Below, in pieces: positions 1-8,864 of a stretch of DNA of 64,000 nt. Numbering within the stretch: the stretch's first letter is position 1; every line of letters starts with the position of its first letter. The notes beneath the pieces are model-generated. The model saw nothing but the letters and a program-made list of their open reading frames with translations, made no database searches and was not told the origin of the DNA. A program made the translations under genes and the position numbers. Source of the DNA: an uncultured Gammaproteobacteria bacterium. GTDB lineage: Bacteria; Patescibacteriota; Microgenomatia; Levybacterales; UBA12049. The DNA is taken from assembly GCA_964503265.1 (NCBI GenBank), contig CAZCYO010000004.1, positions 82,098-146,097 on the forward strand, read 5' to 3'.

Positions 1-256
1 TTAAACGAAAACATTCATACCCATGGAAGTCTGTACTATCCAAAAGAACTAACGAAAAAAGTTACAGGAAAAGATCTCGACCCGAAGTATTTTATCGAGT
101 ATCTGAAAGAGAAGTACACAAAACTTTATTCCCTGTAGCTGTCATTCCTGCGAAGGCAGGAATGACAAATGTTTTGTAGAGGCAGGCGTCCGACCCTCAA
201 CTCTCTCTCATATGATAGGCAGAGTAATGAAGGAAATTGTGGATGAAGATGCACGT

Positions 257-832
257 TTACTTTTCGTTTTTTGCTACCTGTCGTTTTATAAATAAATATC
301 CAGCAAAGATAATAACCACCGGTATGACCATAAACAGTGCAAATGTATGATGTGCATTAAATAACACGAGTGCACGTGGCCCGACTTTTCTTCCAAGTGA
401 AAGATAAAAAAGAATCCACGGGATCACAGAGATACATGAACTAATAAAAAATTTCCAGTATGGTATCTCAGATATCCCAGCAAAAATAACTGTGGGAATA
501 CGAAGTCCAGGGATATGACGAGCGACGATAATGGCCCAAATTCCATATTTTTTGAAAAGACCTTCCATTGCATCTAATTCTTTTTTAGAGATATGAATAT
601 ATTTTCCGATCTTTAAAATGATCTTCTCACCATACCTACTTGCAAGAGCATATAATATCGTCGTTCCCAGCATCACAGCGGTAAATAATAATAAAAAAGC
701 TAGGAAGTACGGTATGTGTCCCTTTGATACATGATATCCAAAAAGCAAAATCACGAAATCACCTGGAACGAAAAGCTCAATTCCAGCTTCTTCGATAAAG
801 AGGAGGAGTAACGGCAAAAGATAGAGACTCAC
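257..832 (-). CDS. DedA/SNARE-associated (TVP38/TMEM64) family membrane protein
   Basis: Multi-TM 191-aa ORF. It carries a DedA-like core (…GDFVILLFGY…, …ARHIPGLRIPTVIFAGISEIPYWKFF…) typical of the DedA/TVP38 family. Confidence 0.55.
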   Translation of the reverse strand: MSLYLLPLLLLFIEEAGIELFVPGDFVILLFGYHVSKGHIPYFLAFLLLFTAVMLGTTILYALASRYGEKIILKIGKYIHISKKELDAMEGLFKKYGIWAIIVARHIPGLRIPTVIFAGISEIPYWKFFISSCISVIPWILFYLSLGRKVGPRALVLFNAHHTFALFMVIPVVIIFAGYLFIKRQVAKNEK

Positions 833-863
833 CTTCGTATCATAGCAGAAAGCACCATTCGAG

Positions 864-1400
864 CTAGTAACGCTTCAACAGTACATCAAGCGCATCACTA
901 TTTTCTTTTTGTTCAATAATTTCTTTGGCACGCGTAATACTCATCCATTTCGCATCATAAAATTCTCGCTGTTCATAAACAAACGGTATTTCTTCTTCAA
1001 AAAATACTGCATACCAAATACTATAGTGTCTACGGCATGCTCTACCTGGACTGAACACATCGTGAACTGACAGGAAAAACGGTTCACTAATTTGATCACG
1101 TGAAAGTTCTATACCCAACTCTTCACGAGATTCTTGCATAACAGTTGCAATAGGACTGTCGTGTTCTGGTTCTATGTGTCCACCCGGCGCGATCCATGAA
1201 TTTGCTTTTTTGTGATGACCGAGAAATACGTTCGCTTTACTACGAATAAATGGAATCATGTAGACACAAAAATGTGAAACAGGGTCTTCACTCCGAAGCA
1301 CATTTCCAGCTGTAACACGAGTTAGAAAATCTGTTTTCACACGAGCTTCAATAGGAAAAGGAAGAGAAATAAGTGAGGCTAACTGTAAGGCAATAGTCAT
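864..1400 (-). CDS. NUDIX hydrolase
   Basis: Nudix box GX5EX7REUXEEXGU is recognisable: GGHIEPEHDSPIATVMQESREELGIE. Confidence 0.65.
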   Translation of the reverse strand: MTIALQLASLISLPFPIEARVKTDFLTRVTAGNVLRSEDPVSHFCVYMIPFIRSKANVFLGHHKKANSWIAPGGHIEPEHDSPIATVMQESREELGIELSRDQISEPFFLSVHDVFSPGRACRRHYSIWYAVFFEEEIPFVYEQREFYDAKWMSITRAKEIIEQKENSDALDVLLKRY

Positions 1401-1409
1401 GATACCTAA

Positions 1410-2360
1410 TTATAGCTCTCTAGTAGAGAAAAGTGTTCTCGAAGGAGCAATTTGCTGTTTAGCTAGATGTGGGTCCACTGAAAAAAGCGAGTCAGGAGCC
1501 ATCTGATTTCGAACGAGCTGAATACCACAGGTAAGAAGTCTCGCATCCATACCAGGCGTATTATGCCATGCTGTTATCATTTTTTGTTTTTTTAGTTCTT
1601 CAAATCCAGGCAAAAAATACAATCGTTTTGCCCTATCTTCACTTTTTACTCGAGTAATCGTTTGTGCGACTAGCATACCACCATCATGACTAAGAACATC
1701 CCACATCTGTTGGAGTATATATCCATGGACGTTGGGATTTTCAGTAATATACTGTAGTCCACCATCTGCTGCCGACATAACCAGACTAAATCCAGTATGT
1801 ATTTCTTGTTGGCGCATTACTTCCTGCACTCTTCCCCACGTTGACGGAAGTAACACGTCCCCTTCAACCATATGAATATTCTTTGCTGCATCATCTTCTT
1901 TTTGTTCAGAAGATCTTCCGTCATACATCCCTACTGCAATTCCAGGTGCTACGAGTGACCGAATTGCAGAGGGATCGGCACCCACGTCAAGCACATATGG
2001 TGTTATCCCTTTTTTTCGACGTTGCTCAACAAACCGCTGCAAGGTTAACTCAGGAAGTCCTAACTCATCATCATACTGAAACGCCTTTCGACCATAATGC
2101 TTCCATTGAGATTTGTGTTCTTGGGAAAATCTCATTTCTTCTTCACGCCCACGCACGTTTTCTCTGACTTGCTGAAGCATCTTACTGACACCTGGCGCAC
2201 CTTGTTCTATGTGAATCATTTGAGCGAATAATACTGCTATTTGGATCGAATGTAAAGATACAAAGCCATAAGACTTGACGAGTAGACTTAATGTTGAAAT
2301 ACTTACACTATGGAAAAAGAAATATCCCCTATAACAGCTATCGCTACAGAGAATAACCAA
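1410..2360 (-). CDS. Hypothetical protein, possible class I SAM-dependent methyltransferase fold
   Basis: The ORF carries a motif-I-like stretch (ITPYVLDVGADPSA) followed by acidic-loop motifs. The true start is probably an internal Met (about 2216), because the annotated N-terminus overlaps the divergent gene that starts at 2310. Confidence 0.3.
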   Translation of the reverse strand: MVILCSDSCYRGYFFFHSVSISTLSLLVKSYGFVSLHSIQIAVLFAQMIHIEQGAPGVSKMLQQVRENVRGREEEMRFSQEHKSQWKHYGRKAFQYDDELGLPELTLQRFVEQRRKKGITPYVLDVGADPSAIRSLVAPGIAVGMYDGRSSEQKEDDAAKNIHMVEGDVLLPSTWGRVQEVMRQQEIHTGFSLVMSAADGGLQYITENPNVHGYILQQMWDVLSHDGGMLVAQTITRVKSEDRAKRLYFLPGFEELKKQKMITAWHNTPGMDARLLTCGIQLVRNQMAPDSLFSVDPHLAKQQIAPSRTLFSTREL

Positions 2361-3296
2361 CCAGAATTATTCATATATGGTTCGTTTGGAAAAAGGATTC
2401 TTGCCCTTATTATCGATGGACTGATTATCTTCTTTGCGACAGGATTGCTCAGTATTCTCATTAGCCTTATTAGTAACGGCCATGATATAACAAGCCAGAC
2501 GATTCATATAGTTCTTCAATTAGCTCTCTATATCATGGCACCGATTTATATGGTGTATTTTCTCTATCACTACGGTGCGACCCCAGGGAAAATGGCGCTT
2601 CATTTAAAAGTAATAAGCACATCACCTGATAAACCTTCTGTCGGAAGACTCATCCTCCGTGAAGTTATTGGGAAATTTTTATCACGATTTTTTGGCGATG
2701 TCGGATTTCTCTGGGCACTATTTGATGAGAAACGACAGACATGGCACGATCACATTGCGTCCACAGTGGTCATCAATACAAAAGCAGTCACAAAAGACGA
2801 ATACGACGCGTGGCTTGCAAAACAAAAAAGCTATCTCCCTCATGTTCTTCTTACAACAGCAATTTTCCCACTGCTCGCAGGACTTGCGGTATACGGACTA
2901 TCACGGACACCGCTTACCCCATTTCTTATGACCTACTTTAAGGATGTAAACACTATCATTATGATCATTCTTATCTTTTGTATCACATCATCATTTATCC
3001 ATACATTAACATCGATATTACTGTTTAATAAACAAACCTATTCTCCATTTCTGAAAGGAACACCAATGAAAGTTGGTGTAGGAGTATATATCGGAATGCA
3101 AATAGCGACATTTCTAGCAATTGTTCTTATTAGCATTTATGGCGTTGTGTTATATACGAAGAATCCATATATTTTGCCAGTGCAACCTCAAATGATAACG
3201 CCGACCGATACCTATTTTAACTTTGAACAAGACACATCGCCTCGCATGATGAATAAGATTAAACCAACCTCCTCTCCTAACATAAAATCGACCTAA
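2310..3296 (+). CDS. RDD family membrane protein
   Basis: RDD-domain hallmarks: the N-terminal TM segments, YHYGATPGKMALHLKV, and EKRQTWHDHIASTVVI. There is an extra C-terminal TM region. Confidence 0.55.
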   Translation: MEKEISPITAIATENNQPELFIYGSFGKRILALIIDGLIIFFATGLLSILISLISNGHDITSQTIHIVLQLALYIMAPIYMVYFLYHYGATPGKMALHLKVISTSPDKPSVGRLILREVIGKFLSRFFGDVGFLWALFDEKRQTWHDHIASTVVINTKAVTKDEYDAWLAKQKSYLPHVLLTTAIFPLLAGLAVYGLSRTPLTPFLMTYFKDVNTIIMIILIFCITSSFIHTLTSILLFNKQTYSPFLKGTPMKVGVGVYIGMQIATFLAIVLISIYGVVLYTKNPYILPVQPQMITPTDTYFNFEQDTSPRMMNKIKPTSSPNIKST

Positions 3297-3317
3297 ATAA
3301 AGGCGTATAATAGAGAA

Positions 3318-4193
3318 GTGAAAAAAATCATCTTCCTAAGCGTTTTGTTTATTACTCTTTTTTTCCCAGCGAAACTATTTGCACATGCAGAAGAATCTGC
3401 TTTTGTAACCGTCAATGGTGAACTCGCGCAAACTAATCCCTACTATCAAGGGACATCGAGTATCAACGTTCCCCAAGATATTCTTAAAACACAGTTTCTC
3501 CCCCAGGAACAAATCACGTTTGCCATTGATTCATCAAAGCTCTCCATTCCCCAATCGATTATTTCACAAGGAGAATTTACGTGGCTATTTTTTGAGGGAG
3601 AAAATTTTCTTTCCCAAATTGGAGAAGTTGAAAAAGGAACAACTATTACACACACGTTTACTAAACCAGGCTCATATCTTGTGAATGTGTATTTTACATA
3701 CGAAAATGATCCACAACTATTTGATACTATCCAACTTAATGTCCTTCCATATAAAGGATATGTCTCACCATCAGCCCACGTAAACATTAATCAAGTTGAG
3801 AACACGGTATATTATCTATCTAACCCGAATGTCGATCCAAAGAATTCTGTACTATCTTCTTTTTGGGATTTAGGGGATGGAACTATTATAAAAGGAACAA
3901 ATCAATCACTTCCTCACACATATGAGGTAAGTAGCTTTGTAACATACGTGTACCACCGGGTCATTGATGAAAATAATCTCAGCACCGATGTTGGATTCCA
4001 GGTACAAGGAATTAATGGTAAGATTTCATTTGTTCCTTTTCCAAATGACACGACTACCCCATTTACGCTCTCTATCACAAAAGCACCATATACATTTATT
4101 CCAGACAGTATTCTCGTATGGAGTGTTTCACTAGGTATCGTTCTCCTCCTTATCTTTATCTTTCTGAAATATAAAATTCGTGTTGTTCGATAA
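3318..4193 (+). CDS. Secreted PKD-domain protein with C-terminal TM anchor
   Basis: It has a signal peptide (…KLFA/HAEE) and a PKD-like motif (FWDLGDGTIIKGTNQSLPHTYE). A C-terminal hydrophobic helix is followed by a basic tail (KYKIRVVR). Confidence 0.5.
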   Translation: MKKIIFLSVLFITLFFPAKLFAHAEESAFVTVNGELAQTNPYYQGTSSINVPQDILKTQFLPQEQITFAIDSSKLSIPQSIISQGEFTWLFFEGENFLSQIGEVEKGTTITHTFTKPGSYLVNVYFTYENDPQLFDTIQLNVLPYKGYVSPSAHVNINQVENTVYYLSNPNVDPKNSVLSSFWDLGDGTIIKGTNQSLPHTYEVSSFVTYVYHRVIDENNLSTDVGFQVQGINGKISFVPFPNDTTTPFTLSITKAPYTFIPDSILVWSVSLGIVLLLIFIFLKYKIRVVR

Positions 4194-4201
4194 TATGCGA
4201 A

Positions 4202-4235
4202 AAAGGAGACGAAAGGTACGTCTCCTTTTATTTAA
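4202..4235. terminator. Bidirectional rho-independent terminator between convergent genes
   Basis: Hairpin aaggagacg-aaaggta-cgtctcctt. It has a T-run on the + strand and an A-run on the - strand. It lies between the stop at 4193 and the stop of the minus-strand gene at 4256. Confidence 0.5.
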
Positions 4236-4255
4236 AGTACTATATTAATTCTTCT

Positions 4256-4903
4256 CTACACTCTTTTCCGCAACTGTATTCCAATTGAGAGAACAGATAA
4301 TACAAGTGCTAGCATAGTTAATGATTGCCATGCTCGATCTGTATGAATTTCGTTTTTTTGTGTTGTAACAACTGCTGCTGCATTTGCTAAGTCGTTAATA
4401 ACTTTCGTCGTTGAGTAAGGCATAACTTTTTCACTGTCTGAATCAGTTGGTTCCTGATCCCATGACACGACATCTCCATTCTGATACGTTTGGTATGCTT
4501 TCCAAATGAGTGTACTTTCAGACGCTGGAACTTGAGCGCTAAAGACGAAATCGTCACGTTGTCCAGGTGGGATAGTTCCACCAGACCAATCGATCTGAGT
4601 AACTTTCGCTGAATCTCCTTCTCCACTTTTCTTAATCGTAATCGTCCATCCTGGTTTCACATTTGGTGAAACATAATTAAGTCCCTCAGGAATAATAAGT
4701 TTCACAAAAACAGTCGGAGTATCTTTTTCATTTGGCACACCCACACTAAATGTTTGAAATGCACCAACACCAACTGATGTAGGTTTTACAACTACGTGAG
4801 CAAATGCTGGAACAAAAGATACGAGTAGTCCAACAACACTTACGACTCCTGTTTGAAAAAATTTTATTAATACGTGTTTCATATTATATCCACCTCCTTT
4901 CAC
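4256..4903 (-). CDS. YcnI-like (DUF1775) secreted copper-associated protein with C-terminal TM anchor
   Basis: A signal peptide ends …PAFA and is followed by an N-terminal His (HVVVKPTSVGVGAFQTFSVGVPNE…LIIPEGL…VKPGWT). This matches the DUF1775/YcnI pattern. There is a C-terminal TM helix plus an RKRV tail. Confidence 0.5.
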   Translation of the reverse strand: MKGGGYNMKHVLIKFFQTGVVSVVGLLVSFVPAFAHVVVKPTSVGVGAFQTFSVGVPNEKDTPTVFVKLIIPEGLNYVSPNVKPGWTITIKKSGEGDSAKVTQIDWSGGTIPPGQRDDFVFSAQVPASESTLIWKAYQTYQNGDVVSWDQEPTDSDSEKVMPYSTTKVINDLANAAAVVTTQKNEIHTDRAWQSLTMLALVLSVLSIGIQLRKRV

Positions 4904-4968
4904 TACTTGTCATTCTGAACCAAGTAAATAACCTTTACAAGATCATTCGATACATATCGATCAGAACA

Positions 4969-5511
4969 CTACACTTTTTTTGTAACGGATTTCTTATTGT
5001 GTCTTTTTTCTCTCATCACAAGCCATATTAATATGATAAATCCTATCACAAATATCCCGTAATGCACGATATGATAGATTATTGTTGCACCAAGAGATGT
5101 CGTTTGACGTGGTGAAGCACTTTCCCTGTCTACTCTTACTACATATGATAACGTGAATGGATTAAAACGGTGGCTTATCGAAGCACCAGTAACACGTATT
5201 GTATAAACCCCTCTCTCAGGAAATACAAAGGTAACTACTGGAGTTGTGTTAAGTGTGGTTTTATATATCGTATTAGCATTTGAATCAATAGCTACTGTAC
5301 ATATGCAATCAGCAAGTGAGAATATATGGGAAGTATCTTTAAATTCAAAGAAAAACGAACTATCTTCTTTTGCAACTGGATCATCATCAGGATCTACATG
5401 AAGGACTGCACCAATCGTTCCATCTGCTTGCAGCACATGCGCTAATACGGGCATGGTAACAAATATCCAACTAAACGCAATTATGAGAAATATTACTACA
5501 AAATGTTTCAT
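4969..5511 (-). CDS. Secreted hypothetical protein with N-terminal His after signal cleavage and C-terminal TM anchor
   Basis: Signal peptide …PVLA, then HVLQADGTIGAVLHVDPDDDP. A C-terminal TM is followed by a basic tail. It is co-located with the YcnI-like gene. Confidence 0.4.
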   Translation of the reverse strand: MKHFVVIFLIIAFSWIFVTMPVLAHVLQADGTIGAVLHVDPDDDPVAKEDSSFFFEFKDTSHIFSLADCICTVAIDSNANTIYKTTLNTTPVVTFVFPERGVYTIRVTGASISHRFNPFTLSYVVRVDRESASPRQTTSLGATIIYHIVHYGIFVIGFIILIWLVMREKRHNKKSVTKKV

Positions 5512-5538
5512 TCCAGATGTAATGTAAAATCCATACTG

Positions 5539-7104
5539 TTACTTGTCAACTTTCACCGTAAAATCAGCGAGTATAAGTGTACCATCAGGATTGAATTGTG
5601 CAAAGACTCGGTACGTCCCAGCTGTAAACGGACCATAGATACCAATGGGTAAAAAATCTACAACCGGCCCCCCAGTTGCTGTTTCAGGCAGAATAGTCAG
5701 GTTACTTGGATGCACATGCATATAGCTATAATCTTCTTTTCGAATCATAACAAGATGTCCCAGTGCGCCCAGATATGGTGTTATATTCGTTACAGACTTT
5801 TTCGTTTTCGTATCAGTAAGTGTGAATGAAATTGTTTGCTGCCCGACAGACATCAAACGAGCACTGAGTTTTCCGTGTGTATTAATAGCAATAGTGTATG
5901 GACCCACCTCTTTCGTTTGTGCTGTATCTTCTTTTGCACTAACTAGTTGCTCATCGCCAGTAACAGATATGGTAAATCCTATTTGCTGTTCAATTCCTCC
6001 ATATGGCTGAAAATCCAAATACATATGATAGATGCCACTGTGAGGAAATTGTGTTGTGATAGTAAATCCATTATCTTGTTGTGTTGGGTGAACATGAGAA
6101 AAATAACGAAGACTACTATCAACAATCACGAGATGTGCTATTTTTGTATATACCGTTTTAAATGCTCCAACGGGATTTCCGGTTGCAGCGTTAAAGACAC
6201 TAAAGACAAGTACGGTATCCTCGTTAGGATTAATTTGATCTGGCTTTGATAGACTGACAGTATATCGAAGAGAACGATCACCATCTAACCCAGGAATTGT
6301 ACTCGATGATTGTGGATTTTGTGATTGAGCTTCTTGTGCCAGTCTAATATGCGCTGAGTGAATTCCAAATGACACGTGTCCGTTCTGGACAGAATACATT
6401 GGATTAATAACAAACAGTAATACAAAAAGTAAACTACCAAGGGTTATCGAAGTTATAAGTCCAAGTTGAATTCCAAATCCATATGACTCTTTAAGAAAGA
6501 AATCCATCCGTTTTGCATTAAGGAACAGCAGAAATGAGACGGCCAAAAATAACACTTCAGATGGTATCCCAGATACGTCAGTAAAGTGCGTTCCTAGCAT
6601 CAATACGTGAATAAGTACAAATACACCTCCCACATATGTCAGCCGGTGCAGCAATTTCCAGTTAGTAAAGCCCAGTGTGCGAACAGCCAAATCAACAGAA
6701 GTCAGCGTAAGGATAACTAAGATACTAAGACTGATGCACCCAAGCAGTAAGGCAATTACGTACGAGTTACTTAAGTACGCAATTCCAGAAAACCCCTTGA
6801 GTTGCTCAAAAAATGTCACATACGTATGGAGTATTGCAAAATAACATGAAGATACACCAATCGCTCGTCGCATATGCTTCCATATCTCGCCGCCACTAAC
6901 GCGTGGGAATTGATAGAAAAATGGGCCAATCAGTAAAGAAATATAGAGATACATTATACTTGCCAGTCCACACAACTGTTCAAAGCGAATATTTTGTAAT
7001 ATACCAACTGGAATATAGAAGTAGGAATATAGTGCAAACAGGAGAGACAAAAGTACACTACTTATCAGAACATACAAGCGACTGTTACGAAAAAGCCCAG
7101 ACAT
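5539..7104 (-). CDS. Membrane protein: ferric-reductase-like TM domain fused to two extracytoplasmic Ig-like HxHP-motif domains
   Basis: The N-terminal half has 6 TM segments with conserved His residues (AILHTYVTFF; WKLLHRLTYVGGVFVLIHVLMLG), resembling the YedZ/MsrQ ferric reductase domain. The C-terminal half has two similar domains, each ending in a (L/I)xHL(V/I)h…SY(F/M)(S/H)VHP motif. Confidence 0.45.
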   Translation of the reverse strand: MSGLFRNSRLYVLISSVLLSLLFALYSYFYIPVGILQNIRFEQLCGLASIMYLYISLLIGPFFYQFPRVSGGEIWKHMRRAIGVSSCYFAILHTYVTFFEQLKGFSGIAYLSNSYVIALLLGCISLSILVILTLTSVDLAVRTLGFTNWKLLHRLTYVGGVFVLIHVLMLGTHFTDVSGIPSEVLFLAVSFLLFLNAKRMDFFLKESYGFGIQLGLITSITLGSLLFVLLFVINPMYSVQNGHVSFGIHSAHIRLAQEAQSQNPQSSSTIPGLDGDRSLRYTVSLSKPDQINPNEDTVLVFSVFNAATGNPVGAFKTVYTKIAHLVIVDSSLRYFSHVHPTQQDNGFTITTQFPHSGIYHMYLDFQPYGGIEQQIGFTISVTGDEQLVSAKEDTAQTKEVGPYTIAINTHGKLSARLMSVGQQTISFTLTDTKTKKSVTNITPYLGALGHLVMIRKEDYSYMHVHPSNLTILPETATGGPVVDFLPIGIYGPFTAGTYRVFAQFNPDGTLILADFTVKVDK

Positions 7105-7138
7105 GGAGCTATTATACTCTACTGATATGAGATACTAA

Positions 7139-7804
7139 TCACACTGCTCGGGGGTGGTTATATGGCAAAAGGAATAAACTACCAAGTAATCCAAAAGATA
7201 GTCCTAACAGACCTCCTCCAATCACATCCGTTGCCCAATGTTCACCTAAATAAACACGCGAGATTACCATAATAGCTGTATATCCACATAGCAGCGCCGT
7301 AATTATCGTTTTCCAAAGAATTGATAATCTGGGAGAATTCCAAACCACAACCAGGATGAGTGAAAGAAGAAACATCGTTCGTCCACTGTGTCCTGATGGA
7401 TATGAAAAATCTGCACTAACATAAAATTGCGGCATATCGACAGGATGGACAGTTCTAAGCATAAACTGTGGTGGTGGTGGATGATTAACAAAATATTTTC
7501 CAAATATTTCAATTAAGTGAAATATACCAAATAATCCAAAAGAAATAATTCCAAGTAGCTTTCGCTGAAAGATGAGAAATAATACGAGCACGATAACCAT
7601 CACTTCAAAATTCCCAAAAAGACTAAAGAGTGAAAAAAGGTCATCTACCCTTCTTGACAGAAAGTCTTGCAGACGTACGGTGGTATTAAAATCAAATTGG
7701 GTGAGCTTATCTTTATGAACGAGGTAAGAGAAAAGAAGAAAAGAGAAAAATGCTAGAGTACTTGTTAAAAAGATAATGATCCGCTCCTTTGTAACAAAGT
7801 TCAT
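7139..7804 (-). CDS. PAP2-family phosphatase (undecaprenyl-/phosphatidic-acid phosphatase-like)
   Basis: PAP2 signature motifs are present: SYPSGHS and SRVYLGEHWATDV. It is a multi-TM protein. Confidence 0.65.
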   Translation of the reverse strand: MNFVTKERIIIFLTSTLAFFSFLLFSYLVHKDKLTQFDFNTTVRLQDFLSRRVDDLFSLFSLFGNFEVMVIVLVLFLIFQRKLLGIISFGLFGIFHLIEIFGKYFVNHPPPPQFMLRTVHPVDMPQFYVSADFSYPSGHSGRTMFLLSLILVVVWNSPRLSILWKTIITALLCGYTAIMVISRVYLGEHWATDVIGGGLLGLSFGLLGSLFLLPYNHPRAV

Positions 7805-7871
7805 TATACGTATCTTATCACGAACAAAACAATCAAGAAATAACGAAACGAAAGACGATACGTTCTAAACG

Positions 7872-8765
7872 CTATATTTTGAGGCTTTTGAGGTATTCAC
7901 GGAAATGTTCGCCTACTTCACCATGGTCCATACCAAATTCAACGACTGTTTTTAAATATTCAAGCTTATTTCCTGTATCATAATATCGTCCACCTTTAAT
8001 TTCTGCTGCTAGCACATGTTTTTTATCTTCGATCATCAGTTTTAGTGCATCATTATAGTAAAGCTCTTTTCCATCTTCAAGAGTTTCGTTTGCTCGATCG
8101 AGATAGTCAAAAATATCCGGATTAAATACAAACCCACTCACATTGGCAAGATCTGAAGGAGCGTTATCTTTCCCAGGTTTCTCAACGATCGATTCTACAT
8201 CAATAATCCCATCTCGCAGTTCCTGGCCCGCTGCAAATCCATATCGATCATAATCTTCTGGTTTGGTCGCTTTAATACTTGCGAGTACTGGCCAACCAAA
8301 TTCTTCATACACTTCAATAAGTTGTTTAAAGCGAGACTGTGGTTCTGCTTTAATAAAATCATCGCTCCACGTATAAATAAATGGTTCGTCTCCGATAATT
8401 TGCCGAACATTCAGTAGTGGGGTCCCATTTCCATATGGTCCTTTTTGCCTTACATAGACAAAATTAGCCATATTTCCGACAGCTTCTGTGAGTTCAATAA
8501 GTGGTTTTTTCTTTTCCCCACCCATTCGGAGATTTTCGATAAGTTCAAGTGAAGGACGATCGAAATGATCCTCGATCGAACGTTTGTGGTATCCAGTCAC
8601 GATAATGATATCTTCAATACCAGCATCAACTAATTCCTCGACAATGTACTGGATGATAGGCTTATCGACAACTGGAAGCATTTCCTTCGGCATAGCCTTG
8701 GTTTGTGGGAGAAATCGAGTGCCAAATCCGGCAGCTGGAATGACTGCTTTTCTAATTTTCTTCAT
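7872..8765 (-). CDS. galU: UTP--glucose-1-phosphate uridylyltransferase
   Basis: The N-terminus KAVIPAAGFGTRFLPQTKAMPKEMLPVVDKPIIQYIVEE is a classic GalU signature, and the 297-aa length fits. Confidence 0.85.
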   Translation of the reverse strand: MKKIRKAVIPAAGFGTRFLPQTKAMPKEMLPVVDKPIIQYIVEELVDAGIEDIIIVTGYHKRSIEDHFDRPSLELIENLRMGGEKKKPLIELTEAVGNMANFVYVRQKGPYGNGTPLLNVRQIIGDEPFIYTWSDDFIKAEPQSRFKQLIEVYEEFGWPVLASIKATKPEDYDRYGFAAGQELRDGIIDVESIVEKPGKDNAPSDLANVSGFVFNPDIFDYLDRANETLEDGKELYYNDALKLMIEDKKHVLAAEIKGGRYYDTGNKLEYLKTVVEFGMDHGEVGEHFREYLKSLKI

Positions 8766-8864
8766 GAATAACGCAATTATATAAGAAGAGCTTTCTGATT
8801 TGCAATATGTTTACAAAAATCTTGCATTGTCTACGGACGATCTGGTTTAATAATACTACGTACC

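Noticed and set aside
1841-2167. 108-aa plus-strand ORF
   Set aside because: Entirely antisense to the longer 1410-2360 gene. Low-complexity His/Leu-rich translation.
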